Shown here piece after piece: positions 47,665 to 59,733 of a DNA stretch of 64,000 nucleotides. The stretch's first letter is position 1. Each line of letters opens with the position of its first letter. Location of the stretch: positions 736,001-800,000 of the forward strand of contig CAXXFL010000007.1 of assembly GCA_963674965.2 (NCBI GenBank), given 5' to 3'. Position numbers and translations under genes: made by a program. The notes beneath the pieces are model-generated. The model searched no databases. It had not been told where the DNA came from and saw nothing but the letters and a program-made list of their open reading frames with translations. This DNA comes from a bacterium. Its GTDB lineage: Bacteria; RBG-13-61-14; DATKZS01.

Positions 47665-48268
47665 ATGGTCAAGGTAAAGATATGCGGCATCACCAACCTG
47701 GAGGACGCCAAGGCCGCGGCTGAGGCGGGGGCCGACTTTCTGGGGTTCAACTTTTATCCTCCCTCTCCCCGCTGCGTTGAACCTGAGAAGGTACGTGAGA
47801 TAATAACACGGCTGGGCAGCTGCTCGCGGGGAGTGGGGGTGTTCGTAAACGAGGACCCTCAAACGATCAAGAGGATCATGGAAACGGCGGCCCTCGACGT
47901 TGTCCAGCTTCACGGCGACGAGGACCCGGAATTCTGCTCCCTCTTCGACAAGCCCGTGATCAAGGCCTTCCGGGTGGCCGGCAAGGAGGACATGGCCGGC
48001 GCGGAGAGGTTCAAGGTCTGGGCCACCCTGATCGACGGCAAGGGCCCGGGCTACGGCGGCACGGGCGTGAAGTCCGACTGGGGCCTGGCGGCCGAGGCGG
48101 CCGGGTCTCATCCAAGGACGTTCCTGGCCGGCGGCCTCACGCCCGAGAACGTGGCCGAGGCTATAATGGCGGTAAGGCCCTGGGGGGTGGACGCGGCCAG
48201 TGGGGTCGAGTCCGAGCCGGGAAAAAAGGACCCGGACAAAATATTTCGATTTGTAAAGGCGGCGAAAA

Positions 48269-48279
<11 letters not shown>
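47665..48279 (+). CDS. trpF: Phosphoribosylanthranilate isomerase
   Basis: [37 protein letters not shown]. Confidence 0.96.
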
Positions 48280-49452
<1,173 letters not shown>

Positions 49453-49456
<4 letters not shown>

Positions 49457-50352
49457 GCGACGAGATCGAATGCCGCCTTTGTTCCTCCTGGAGCGTGAGG
49501 AGCAAGTTCAGGGACGAGAAGATCGGGGTTTTCGAGTGCCTCGAGTGCGGCGCCCTGTTCAGGGCCAAAGGCCTGCCCGAGTCCTTTGAGGAGTATTACG
49601 GCGAGGATTACTACCGTAACAAATGGCCCGGCAGCCTGGGCCGCTTCTTCGAGGACTTCGACCCCGAGGAGCATCACAAAACCAAATTCTTCGATCGCCA
49701 GCTCGGCGAGTTCGAGAGGCTCCTTAAAGGAAAGGGCAGACTCCTCGACGTGGGATGCGCCAACGGCGTCTTCCCCTGGATCGCCAGCCAAAGAGGATGG
49801 CAGGCCGAGGGCGTCGAGGTCTCGCCCTTTGCCGCCCAGTGGGGACGAAAACAGTTCGGCGTGACCATACACCAGGGCAAAATCGAGGACTTGCCCGCCG
49901 GGGAGTCCTACGACCTGATTACCTTATGGGACGTCCTGGAGCATCTGCCCGATCCGGCCGGGGTCCTTTCCGAGTGCAACGAGAGGTTAAAGCCCGAGGG
50001 GATCCTGGCCATATTGACGCCCGACTCGGAGAGCCTGGTTAATCGTCTTGTCAACCTGGCCCATTCCTTCACTCCGGAAAGGACCGAAGGCCTGATGGCA
50101 AAGCTTTACCATGACGACCACTTAAGCTATTTCACGCGGGGGTCACTGGCCCGGGCGCTCTTCGAGGCCGGGTTCTATATCCACTGGATTCAAGGATACG
50201 ACGAGGCGCCCGCCGACACCGAGACCTCGGGCCCGACGCTTATGGCGGTCCACGCCGTCCGGTTTTCGGCCATGCTCGTCCGCATGGAACACGAGATGCT
50301 AATATGGGCCAGGAAACCGCGAGACAAGGGCTGGCCAGGAGGCGGACAATAA
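49453..50352 (+). CDS. Class I SAM-dependent methyltransferase with N-terminal Zn ribbon
   Basis: CRLC...[23 protein letters not shown]. Confidence 0.88.
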
Positions 50353-50506
50353 CATGGCTAATTCACCGATATAAAAAGCTATTATCCATTCCATATTCTT
50401 CGGGAAAGCCTTGCTTTTCATCTTCAATATTCCTCAAATTTTTGCTTCAGACGGTGGGACGTGATAATTTATTATGCTTTGCGCCTCGGCGCGAAGGGAT
50501 ACGCGG

Positions 50507-51781
50507 ATGGCGGACAAGGTAAAAATAATCAAGGGATTTCAGGACGTGGTCCCGCCTCTTAGCCTGGCCTACTCGAGGCTGGAGGACGCGGCCCGGTCCG
50601 TGTTCGAGCGCTTCGGCTTCCAGGAGATACGGCTGCCCGTGCTCGAGCGCACCGAGCTTTTCGCCCGCGGCATCGGGGAAGGAACGGACATAGTCGAGAA
50701 GGAGATGTACACCTTCCCGGACCGGCGCGGCCGCTCGCTCAGCCTTCGCCCCGAGGGAACGGCCTCGGTGGTAAGGGCCTACGTGCAAAGCGACCTGGGC
50801 AAGGGCGAGCCGGCCCGGTGGTATTACAGGGGTCCCATGTTCCGCTACGAGCGTCCCCAAAAGGGCCGGTACCGCCAGTTTTACCAGATAGGGGCCGAGG
50901 CCATCGGTCTTCCCGGTCCGGGCACGGACGGCGAGGTGGTGACGATGCTCGACCGTTTCTTCAAGGAAGCCGGAGTTAAGGGGGTCCGCCTCGAGATCAA
51001 CTCTCTCGGGTGCGGGAAATGCCGCCCGGCCTATCGGGCCGCTCTGATCGCCTATCTCGAGAAGAGGCGGGAAGACCTGTGCGAGGACTGCGCTCGGCGG
51101 ATGGTCCGCAACCCTCTTCGGGTGCTGGACTGCAAGGTCGAGGGATGCAGGAGCGCGGTCAAGGCCGCCCCCCTCGTGCTGGATTTCCTGGACGACGATT
51201 GCCGGGAGCACTTCGAGGGACTAAAGGGCGACCTTGACGCCGCGGGCGTCGACTATAGCGTGAACCCTCTTATCGTGAGGGGACTCGACTACTATACCCG
51301 GACCGTGTTCGAGGCCCTGGCCGACGACGGCCTTGGCAGCCAGAACGCGGTGGGAGCGGGAGGAAGGTACGACGGTCTGGTCGAGGAGTTCGGCGGTCCG
51401 CCCACCCCCGCCATCGGCTTCGCCGTCGGCGTCGAGCGCCTGGCCATGCTGGCGGGCGAGACGGCCTTGGCCCCGCCGCGTTTCTTTATTATCGCCTCGG
51501 GCGAGAAACCGAGGGAGGAAGGCATACGTCTCCTGGCCCGGCTGCGGGACGAGGGCGTCTCGGCCGCCATGCTGACCGACGGGGCGGGAAAGAGCTTCAA
51601 GGCCCAGATGAAGGCGGCCGCCAGGTCCGGCGCCCTCGAGGCGATCATCATCGGCGAGGACGAGATAAAGAGCGGCGAGTATACGGTCAAGAACATGAAA
51701 GACGGGGTACAAAGAAAAATTTCGGGGACCTCCCCGGAATTTTTCGCCGGGGCTAATAACAATCCTGAAGAACAAGGATAA
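50507..51781 (+). CDS. hisS: Histidine--tRNA ligase
   Basis: DIVEKEMYTF, LRPEGTA, FRYERPQKGRYRQF, VRGLDYY, GGRYDGL. Confidence 0.97.
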   Translation: MADKVKIIKGFQDVVPPLSLAYSRLEDAARSVFERFGFQEIRLPVLERTELFARGIGEGTDIVEKEMYTFPDRRGRSLSLRPEGTASVVRAYVQSDLGKGEPARWYYRGPMFRYERPQKGRYRQFYQIGAEAIGLPGPGTDGEVVTMLDRFFKEAGVKGVRLEINSLGCGKCRPAYRAALIAYLEKRREDLCEDCARRMVRNPLRVLDCKVEGCRSAVKAAPLVLDFLDDDCREHFEGLKGDLDAAGVDYSVNPLIVRGLDYYTRTVFEALADDGLGSQNAVGAGGRYDGLVEEFGGPPTPAIGFAVGVERLAMLAGETALAPPRFFIIASGEKPREEGIRLLARLRDEGVSAAMLTDGAGKSFKAQMKAAARSGALEAIIIGEDEIKSGEYTVKNMKDGVQRKISGTSPEFFAGANNNPEEQG

Positions 51782-51853
51782 AATAAAGTTAAAGGACCTG
51801 ATGAGAATTGGCTTAAACGGCGGCCTGGCCGCCATTCTTAATAGAGGTGTTAC

Positions 51854-53668
51854 ATGAAACTTGACGTATTGGGAGATTGGAAACGGACTCACGACTGCGG
51901 AAAGCTGAGGAAGGGCGACGCGGGCGGCGAGGTCCGTCTTATGGGCTGGGTGCAGAACTACCGCGAGCACAAGGACGTGGTATTCTTCGACCTCCGCGAC
52001 CGGTGGGGCGTGACCCAGGTGGTCTATAACCCCGGCATCGACGAGGTCGTCCTGGAGAAGGCCCGAAAAGTCAGGAACGAATGGGTGATCGCCGTCTCGG
52101 GCAAGGTCATCCCCCGTCCCGAGGGGGCCGCGAACGAGGATCGGCCCACCGGCGAGATCGAGATCGAGGGAACGGACCTTAAAATCCTCAACACCTGCAA
52201 GACCGTGCCCTTCGTAATAGCCGACTCGGTCAAGGAGGCCCTGCTCGAGAGCGGGGTCCAGACCAGCGAGGAAGTCCGCCTTAAATACAGGTACCTGGAC
52301 TTAAGGCGCTATCAGATGCAGGAAAGGGTCATTAAAAGGCACCGGGCCATCAAGACGGTCCGGAACTATTTCGACGACATGGGCTTCGTCGAGGTGGAAA
52401 CGCCCTTTCTGACCAGGAGCACGCCCGAGGGCGCCCGCGACTACCTGGTACCCTGCCGGCTGCAAGAGGGAAGATTTTACGCGCTTCCCCAAAGCCCCCA
52501 GCTTTTCAAGCAGATGCTCATGGTCGGCGGTTTCGACCGGTACTACCAGATAGCCCGCTGCATGCGGGACGAGGACCTGCGCGCCGACCGCCAGCCCGAG
52601 TTCACCCAGATAGACGTGGAGATGAGCTTCGTGAGGCCCGAGGACCTTTTCGGCGTCACCGAGGGCATGCTGTCCGCCATCTGGAAGGAAATCGCCGGAG
52701 TGGAGATCGAGACTCCCTTCCCCCGCATGACCTACGACGAGGCCATCAGCCGCTACGGCACGGACCGGCCGGACACCCGCTTCGGCATGGAGCTTCACGA
52801 ACTTACGGACCTGATGGGCGTTTGCGACTACCGCTTTTTTTGCGAGGCGGCCGAAAAGGGAGGCTCGATCAAGGGCATGGTGGGCAAGGGCATGGCCTCG
52901 ATAAGCCGTAAGGAACAGGACGACCTTACCAAGTTCACCTACGATTTCGGGGCCAAGGGGGTGACCTTCTTCCGGATGAAGGAGGAGGGCTGGCACGGCC
53001 CGGCCATCAAGTACTTCAGCGAGGAACAGCTCGAGGGTTTGAAAAAAAGGATGGACATCGAGCCGGGCGACCTTATCATGATCATGGCGGACAAGACCAA
53101 GGTGGTCCACGACGCCATGGCCGCCCTCCGGGTCCATATCGCCCAGCAGGCCGGTCTTCTGGAGGGCAAGAAGCTGAACTTCCTCTGGGTGGTGGACTTT
53201 CCGGCCTTCGAGTACAGCGAGCCAGACGGGCGCTACTACTCGATGCACCATCCCTTCACTTCGCCCCGGGAGGAGGACCTGGACCTGTTGGACTCGGACC
53301 CGGGCAAGATTAAAAGCAACGCCTACGACGTGGTGCTAAACGGCATCGAGCTTGGAGGCGGAAGCATCCGTATCCACTCGACCGAGGTGCAAAGCAAGGT
53401 GTTCAAGGCCCTGGGCATCGGAGAGGAGGAGGCGCGGGAGAAGTTCGGCTTCCTTCTCGAGGCCCTGGATTTCGGCGCTCCTCCCCACGGAGGCATCGCC
53501 TTCGGCCTGGACCGGATCATCATGCTGCTACTGGGGGCCTCCAGCATCCGGGACGTGATCGCCTTCCCCAAGACCCAAACGGGAACGTGCCTGCTCACGG
53601 ACGCTCCCGGGTCGGTATCGCCGGAACAGCTAAAAGAGCTCCATATCAAGCTGGACCTTGACGAGTAA
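51854..53668 (+). CDS. aspS: Aspartate--tRNA ligase
   Basis: RTHDCG, FDLRD, LPQSPQLFKQ, RQPEFTQ, HHPFT, GAPPHGGIAFGLDR. Confidence 0.98.
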   Translation: MKLDVLGDWKRTHDCGKLRKGDAGGEVRLMGWVQNYREHKDVVFFDLRDRWGVTQVVYNPGIDEVVLEKARKVRNEWVIAVSGKVIPRPEGAANEDRPTGEIEIEGTDLKILNTCKTVPFVIADSVKEALLESGVQTSEEVRLKYRYLDLRRYQMQERVIKRHRAIKTVRNYFDDMGFVEVETPFLTRSTPEGARDYLVPCRLQEGRFYALPQSPQLFKQMLMVGGFDRYYQIARCMRDEDLRADRQPEFTQIDVEMSFVRPEDLFGVTEGMLSAIWKEIAGVEIETPFPRMTYDEAISRYGTDRPDTRFGMELHELTDLMGVCDYRFFCEAAEKGGSIKGMVGKGMASISRKEQDDLTKFTYDFGAKGVTFFRMKEEGWHGPAIKYFSEEQLEGLKKRMDIEPGDLIMIMADKTKVVHDAMAALRVHIAQQAGLLEGKKLNFLWVVDFPAFEYSEPDGRYYSMHHPFTSPREEDLDLLDSDPGKIKSNAYDVVLNGIELGGGSIRIHSTEVQSKVFKALGIGEEEAREKFGFLLEALDFGAPPHGGIAFGLDRIIMLLLGASSIRDVIAFPKTQTGTCLLTDAPGSVSPEQLKELHIKLDLDE

Positions 53669-54027
53669 AGTAAGGTACTGAAAAAAATATTTTAAGTCCA
53701 AATCCCGGGGTGGCCGGTATAAAGGCCGGACGAGGCCGGGGACAACTGGCGGCATGGCCTGGCACAACTGGTTGTTATAATAATGTTTTTTTGATTATTG
53801 GCGCCGCGAATGAGAAAGCCCGGATTTAACCGGCGAGGATGGGGCCCAAAGCCGCTTATATGCCGCGTGGATTTTTTGGAGTTGGGACTTGACAAACGCA
53901 TTAAGACCTGAAATTATATTAGTCAGGAAAAAGTGATTTTAAAGACGGGACGTTTGGTTAGGGCGTCCGGTCTTTAAAAGATAATACGCGGGCAGGGCTT
54001 GCCCTAAATAAAGAAGGAGGTATTGGC

Positions 54028-54651
54028 GTGAGAGAGTATTCAAAATCTTTCATGGTGGCGGTGATTATGGCGGTCGCTTTCGCGCTCACGTTGGGCGGGT
54101 GCGGCAAGCCGACCGACGAGATGCTCAAAGCGGAAGAGGCGATTGACGCGGCGAAGGCTTTGGACAATTACAAGGATTGTTCGAAGTCCGATATCGACAA
54201 GGCCGAACGTCTCCTTAACGAAGGCAAGGCGATGATCAAGTTCGCCTGCAAGTACGAAAAGGCCAAGGAGAAGTTCGAGGAGGCCTACGCCATCGCGGTA
54301 AAGGCGAAGGGAAAAGTTTGCCGCACGAAGCAGAAGAAGGTTAAAGTGAAAGTGAACAAGCCGGTGGACAACAGGGTACGGAGCCATACGGTCGTCAGGG
54401 GCGAGTGCCTGTGGTGGATTTCCGAGTATGACCAGATTTACGGCGATCCATTCCAGTGGCCCCTTATTTACGACGCCAACCGTAGCGAGATCGACTCCAC
54501 GGCCCACAGGTATGGCCATTGGCGCAATGAGGAAGACTGGATTTATCCGGGCCAGGTTTTCTCCATTCCTCGGGACATGTCCCTCGACGAGATCAAGGAC
54601 GCCAGGCGCCGCGCCGGAGCTCCCGCTCCTTACATGCCGCCTGGAAAATAA
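54028..54651 (+). CDS. LysM-domain lipoprotein
   Basis: Lipobox LGGC; HTVVRGECLWWIS...YGDPFQWPLIYDAN...IYPGQVFSIPR. Confidence 0.88.
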   Translation: MREYSKSFMVAVIMAVAFALTLGGCGKPTDEMLKAEEAIDAAKALDNYKDCSKSDIDKAERLLNEGKAMIKFACKYEKAKEKFEEAYAIAVKAKGKVCRTKQKKVKVKVNKPVDNRVRSHTVVRGECLWWISEYDQIYGDPFQWPLIYDANRSEIDSTAHRYGHWRNEEDWIYPGQVFSIPRDMSLDEIKDARRRAGAPAPYMPPGK

Positions 54652-54672
54652 CCCAAGCTAACTGAATTATAG

Positions 54673-54708
54673 AAAAAAAGTCCCCCGCCCCGGCGGGGGA
54701 CTTTTTTT
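54673..54708. terminator. Bidirectional rho-independent terminator
   Basis: AAAAAAAGTCCCCCGCC-CC-GGCGGGGGACTTTTTTT. Confidence 0.92.
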
Positions 54709-54826
54709 CTGGTCCATTTTATCCCGCCGCCTCGCGAGCGGGCTTGATTCCATCGGGGCGCTGCATTATATTATGGTTGCCTCGGAACCAGGAGTAGACT
54801 GAAGCTTTCATAAGGAGTGAAGCGAC

Positions 54827-55060
54827 TTGAAACTAAACGGGGACATAGTATGGCTTTGGCTGGCGCTGGGCCTTGTCATGGCCATTACCGGCGGAGGATT
54901 CAAGGCCCATGAAATCTATACCACCAACGGCGTGCTCGAGTTCCTGCTTTTCAGGGGTTGGTCCTATATCCTTATGATCGCGGGGACCGTATTGATAATA
55001 CTCGGACTGGGCCACGACCTGTTATTCCGAGGACGAGGCGAGACGGTACAACCGGAATAA
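54827..55060 (+). CDS. Small two-TM membrane protein
   Basis: AGGAG SD, TTG start, two hydrophobic segments. Confidence 0.6.
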   Translation: MKLNGDIVWLWLALGLVMAITGGGFKAHEIYTTNGVLEFLLFRGWSYILMIAGTVLIILGLGHDLLFRGRGETVQPE

Positions 55061-55070
55061 AGGCGGGGCA

Positions 55071-56474
55071 TTGGCGGAAAAGCATGGAGATAAACGCGGC
55101 CTATTAAACAACGTCTTATGGCTGGCCGCTCTATTGGCCCTCCTGGCCGCCATCGGCCACGTCTGGAAGAACGGGCTGGATTTTTTCAAGCCGTCCCGTG
55201 AATCGGCGGTCGTCAAGGTTTTCAGGAGCGCCTCGCCGGCGGTCGTCAACATTACGGCCGAGCCTCATCCCGACGGGCAATACGGCTTCAGCGATTTATT
55301 GAGAAGGTTTTACGGACTTCCTCAGGAGAAACTCGAGCTTAACTATGGAAGCGGAATTATCGTCGATCCCGAGGGGTTCATACTGACCAATGAACACGTG
55401 ATAAACAACACGGCCTCGATCAAGGTCAAGCTGGTTGACGGGCGCACCACCGAGGCCGAGGTTTGGGGAACGGACCCGTCCCTGGATCTGGCGGTCCTGA
55501 AGGTTAACGTCGACTGGACCCTTCCCTATCTGGACATGGGTTCCTCAAAGGACCTGATGATCGGGGAACAGGTAATAGTCATAGGCAACCCTCTGGGGCT
55601 GGGCCATACCTGCACCACGGGAATAATCAGTTCCCTTCACCGCGCGGTCAGGGCGGGGGGCAGGCTGTATCGGGACCTTGTCCAGATCGACGCGGCCGTG
55701 AACCCCGGAAACAGCGGCGGACCGCTGCTCAATATAAGGGGCGAGTTGATCGGCGTAACCTCGGCCCTCAGCCCCGAGGCCGAGGGCATCGGGTTCGCCA
55801 TTCCCATCGACCTGGCGCGCCAGGCGGTGGACAGTTTAATCGAGTTCCGTTACGTGCCCAGCGGCTGGATAGGATTGTCGGTCGAGGACTTCCAGGAAAC
55901 GGCGGCCGCTTTCGGACTTCCCGAGCGGGAGGGCGTGTTCGTCTCCAGGGTTGACCCGGACGGCCCGGTGGCCAAGGCCATCCGGGCGGGCGACGTTATC
56001 GAGTCCTGGAACGGCGAGCCGATCGGAAAAATGAGCGACTTCGTGTCTCGGGCCAGAAAACTGCAAGTGGCCCAGAAAGTCGCGCTCGGCGTTACCCGGG
56101 ACGGCGAGAGGAAAAAGGTCGGCATAACCGCCCGGGCCTTCCCCGAGTCCCTGGCCGAGGACTGGGTCCTTTGGCACCTTGGCTTCGAGGTGGAGGAAAG
56201 GCCGGCGTATTCTGGCGGCCTGGGTATGGGCGGGGACGAGGGGGGAGTGTATATCAGCAGGATCGCGCCCAATTCTCCAGCGTCCTCCTACGGTTTGGCG
56301 GTGGGAGACCTGATAATCGGCATGAACCGGGAGCGGGTGAACAATTTGGAGGATTTCCGCAAGGTCACCGCCAGGATGAGAGGACTCGAGTACGTCCTGC
56401 TCAGAATCAAACGGGGAAAATTCAGGGCCGTGCATACCACGGTCCCCATTAAGGCTGGAGGCGAGAGGTGGTAA
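55071..56474 (+). CDS. HtrA/DegP-family serine protease with two PDZ domains
   Basis: GSGII, TNEHV, DLAVLK, IGNPLGL, DAAVNPGNSGGPL. Confidence 0.93.
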   Translation: MAEKHGDKRGLLNNVLWLAALLALLAAIGHVWKNGLDFFKPSRESAVVKVFRSASPAVVNITAEPHPDGQYGFSDLLRRFYGLPQEKLELNYGSGIIVDPEGFILTNEHVINNTASIKVKLVDGRTTEAEVWGTDPSLDLAVLKVNVDWTLPYLDMGSSKDLMIGEQVIVIGNPLGLGHTCTTGIISSLHRAVRAGGRLYRDLVQIDAAVNPGNSGGPLLNIRGELIGVTSALSPEAEGIGFAIPIDLARQAVDSLIEFRYVPSGWIGLSVEDFQETAAAFGLPEREGVFVSRVDPDGPVAKAIRAGDVIESWNGEPIGKMSDFVSRARKLQVAQKVALGVTRDGERKKVGITARAFPESLAEDWVLWHLGFEVEERPAYSGGLGMGGDEGGVYISRIAPNSPASSYGLAVGDLIIGMNRERVNNLEDFRKVTARMRGLEYVLLRIKRGKFRAVHTTVPIKAGGERW

Positions 56475-56477
56475 TTT

Positions 56478-57257
56478 ATGATCGAAGTTGAAAACCTTAC
56501 CAAAAACTACGGCGACTTCACGGCCGTAAAGGACGTGTCCTTTAAGATCGAGCCGGGGGAGATCGTCGGTTTCCTGGGACCGAACGGCGCGGGCAAAACC
56601 ACGACCATGCGGATACTAACCTGCTACATGCCCGCCACCAGGGGAAAGGTCAAGGTGGCGGGGTTCGACGTGGCCGAGGACCCCATGGAAGTGAAAAGAC
56701 GCATCGGATACCTGCCGGAAACGCCGCCCCTTTACAGGGAAATGACCGTCAGCGATTACCTTCGCTTCGTGGCCCGGATTAAAGGCATGCACAAAAAGGA
56801 CGTGCCCCGGGCCCTGGACAGGGTAATCCAGGCCTGCGGACTCGAGGAGAAAAAGGACCAGCATATCCACAAGCTTTCCAAGGGTTACAGGCAGAGGACC
56901 GGGCTGGCCCAGGCCCTTATCCACGACCCCGAGGTGCTTATTCTCGATGAACCGACCATCGGTCTCGACCCCCGACAGATATCCGAGATAAGGTCGGTTA
57001 TCAAGGGCCTGGCCGGAAGCCACACGGTCATACTCTCGACCCACATCCTGCCGGAGGTGACGCTAACCTGCCAGAGGGTCCTGATTATAAATCGGGGCGA
57101 GATAGTGATGGACGGCAAAATCGAGGACGTGACCAAGGATGGAGACATCGAGCGTCAGTTCCTCAAGATCATCGGACAAGCCGAGACGGGCGAAGAGGAC
57201 TTGAGTCGTGAAACGGGGCCGGGGCCGGAAGAAGCGACCCAAGAGGAAGCGAGGTAA
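56478..57257 (+). CDS. ABC transporter ATPase (GldA-like)
   Basis: [32 protein letters not shown]. Confidence 0.92.
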   Translation: MIEVENLTKNYGDFTAVKDVSFKIEPGEIVGFLGPNGAGKTTTMRILTCYMPATRGKVKVAGFDVAEDPMEVKRRIGYLPETPPLYREMTVSDYLRFVARIKGMHKKDVPRALDRVIQACGLEEKKDQHIHKLSKGYRQRTGLAQALIHDPEVLILDEPTIGLDPRQISEIRSVIKGLAGSHTVILSTHILPEVTLTCQRVLIINRGEIVMDGKIEDVTKDGDIERQFLKIIGQAETGEEDLSRETGPGPEEATQEEAR

Positions 57258-57263
57258 GTTGAT

Positions 57264-58061
57264 ATGACGACGCTGGTTCTTCTCGCCAAGGAAATTAAAA
57301 GTCTTTTCAGTTCCTGGATAGCTTACGTTGTCCTCATTTCCTTCACGCTTCTGAACGGCATCCGCTTCTACTTCTATTTGGGCTGGTTCGAGTACTTGAC
57401 CCGCAAGGCCGAGAACATTGAGGAAAGCGTCTCGAGGCAAAACTGGAACCTTCTGGAACAGCTTATTTTTCCTCTATACGAGTCCATCCTGGTGCTTATC
57501 TTCGTCATGGTCCCGGCCATCACCATGAGGACCCTGGCGGAGGAAAAGAAACAGAAAACCGAGGAACTACTCTTTACCTCGCCCATAAAAACCACGGAAA
57601 TCGTACTGGCCAAGTATCTGGCGGCCTGCGCGCTTATATTCCTTATGATGGCTCCGGCCATCATGTACCCATCCATCGTGATGTATTACGGCAAGCCCAC
57701 GCCGGATTGGGGACCAATGGTAACCGGGTTCATCGGACTTTACATCCTTGGATTCTCCCTCGCCTCGGTGGGCCTGTTTTCCTCGAGCCTGACCGAAAAC
57801 CAGATCGTGGCCCTGATTATAGCCGTGGCCATCGAGTCGCTATTCTTCGTGCTCGGCAGGTCCACCATCAACGTGGACGTGGTCAGGATAGGAGACCTGA
57901 TAATCAACGTCGGCGCCTTTCTTTCGGCTTTCTCCCTCACCGAACACTACTTCCGCCTGCGCGCCGGAATAGTGAGGGCCAGCGACCTCGTTTATTTCGG
58001 GTCCTTTATACTGTTCTGGCTATGGGCCACGAAAAAATCCCTGGAGAGGGCCAGATGGTAA
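57264..58061 (+). CDS. ABC-2 permease (GldF-like)
   Basis: PAITMR..AEEK...TEELL.TSP, SSLTENQIVA. Confidence 0.88.
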   Translation: MTTLVLLAKEIKSLFSSWIAYVVLISFTLLNGIRFYFYLGWFEYLTRKAENIEESVSRQNWNLLEQLIFPLYESILVLIFVMVPAITMRTLAEEKKQKTEELLFTSPIKTTEIVLAKYLAACALIFLMMAPAIMYPSIVMYYGKPTPDWGPMVTGFIGLYILGFSLASVGLFSSSLTENQIVALIIAVAIESLFFVLGRSTINVDVVRIGDLIINVGAFLSAFSLTEHYFRLRAGIVRASDLVYFGSFILFWLWATKKSLERARW

Positions 58062-58125
58062 GCAAGGGTAAAACGGGATCGGCCTCGATCGAAAGCGGAC
58101 CTATCGGGCGGGAAGGTAATAAAGC

Positions 58126-59733
58126 ATGAAAAAAATGACGCAGATAGCGGGACTGGCCGGGATCGTGGCGGTGGCCCTCGGTTTTATGGTGGGAGCGGTG
58201 CAGCGCGAATGGAGCCAGGTCGTCATCGCCCACCTGGCCGCCGGCGCGGTCCTGGTACTGGTCGGGGCCGCGGCCAACGCCCCCGAGATCAAGGAGGCGT
58301 TGGCCAGAAGAGGGGCCAGGATGGGTCCCCAAACGGCGATTCAAGGCCTATTGATAATCGCTATACTGGTGCTCGTCAACGCCATCGTAATGCGCAACGA
58401 CTGGATAAAGGATTATACGCGCGGCCACATGTTCACCCTCGGCAAGATCACCAAAGACGTGGCCAATAACCTTCCGGGTACCATCCAGGTAATGGCGTTC
58501 TTTCCCTCCCGGGGCGGAGACGACGAGAGGGAAAGACTCAAGGTTTACGACGCCATGTTCGACAAGTTCCAGCTTATGTTTATCGACCCTGACAAAAACG
58601 AGGACTTGGCGCGAGCCGAGGGGGTCCCCCACCAGCCGGGAGTGCTGTTCAAGTACAAAGAAAAAAGCGTATGGATAACCAAGTACGAGGAATCGGATAT
58701 AACCAACGCCCTCATCAAGGTAACCAGGGAGACGGAGCCAAAGGTGCTGTTCACCACCGGCCACTCGGAGCCTGGCCTTGATTCCCAGTCTCCAAACGGG
58801 CTTTCCCGACTCAAGGAGATGCTCGAGCAGCAAGGATACAGTCCCTCCACCGCCGACCTCTCGACCATGCGGAAAATCCCCGAGGACGTCTCCATGATAG
58901 CGGTGGTGGGTCCCAGCATCCATTTTACTCCCGAGGAAATCAAGGTCCTGGACTATTACCTAGCCACGGGAGGAAACGCGGCGTTCTTCATCGACCCCGT
59001 CTTCGACATGCGCCTTTATACCGGGATCGAGCCTTTCCTTGACGCCTACGGAGTAAGGCTCCGCTGGAACGTGGTCCTTGACAGGGTCAATCACATGTCT
59101 CAAGACTCACTGGGACTGCAACTGGTGGCCAAGCTCAAGGAATCTTCCCATCCCATCTCCAGCGACGTCTCGGGAGACAGGGTGGTTTTCTATCTTTCCC
59201 GGGCCATGGTGGAAGCGGAACAAGTTACGGCGCAAACGAACCTTACTCCCCTGGTGGTGACCCACGATACAAGCTTTGAAAGGTTCATCGATCCCCAGGT
59301 CCTGATGGGCATGACCGATTCCGAGAAGACCTCGGAATACGTAAGAGACCTCCTGTCCGGAGAACCGGGCCCGAACGAGGAAAAAGGGACCATGGTCCTG
59401 GCTTACGCCGTGCAGAAAAACAACGCCGGCCTGCCCGAATGGAAAAAAAGAGATATGAGAGAAGACGACGAGACCCGGCTCGTGGTTTTCGGAAGCAGCG
59501 CCGTTTGCAGGAACATGTCCATTTACATGCCCTACAATTACGAGCTTATTATTAATTCTTTCAACTGGCTGGCCGGAGAAGGGGAACTTAAGGGCATCCG
59601 CTCACCGAGAAGGGCCGGCACCAGGATGTTCCTGGATGAAAAGCAAAAAGACGGCATCCTTTATATTTCCGTGCTGATACTGCCGGAATTTTTCATGATC
59701 GTTGGATTGGCCGCGTGGTGGAGGAGAAGATGA
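58126..59733 (+). CDS. GldG-like ABC auxiliary component
   Basis: D.T....TL...T, IDPDK, E..ITNALIKV, FTTGHSE, N..L..NSFNWL, C-terminal WWRRR. Confidence 0.85.
   Translation: MKKMTQIAGLAGIVAVALGFMVGAVQREWSQVVIAHLAAGAVLVLVGAAANAPEIKEALARRGARMGPQTAIQGLLIIAILVLVNAIVMRNDWIKDYTRGHMFTLGKITKDVANNLPGTIQVMAFFPSRGGDDERERLKVYDAMFDKFQLMFIDPDKNEDLARAEGVPHQPGVLFKYKEKSVWITKYEESDITNALIKVTRETEPKVLFTTGHSEPGLDSQSPNGLSRLKEMLEQQGYSPSTADLSTMRKIPEDVSMIAVVGPSIHFTPEEIKVLDYYLATGGNAAFFIDPVFDMRLYTGIEPFLDAYGVRLRWNVVLDRVNHMSQDSLGLQLVAKLKESSHPISSDVSGDRVVFYLSRAMVEAEQVTAQTNLTPLVVTHDTSFERFIDPQVLMGMTDSEKTSEYVRDLLSGEPGPNEEKGTMVLAYAVQKNNAGLPEWKKRDMREDDETRLVVFGSSAVCRNMSIYMPYNYELIINSFNWLAGEGELKGIRSPRRAGTRMFLDEKQKDGILYISVLILPEFFMIVGLAAWWRRR

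Noticed and set aside
53669-54027. 6S RNA or riboswitch after aspS
   Set aside because: No long irregular hairpin or recognisable consensus; looks like promoter DNA (TTGACA near 53889).
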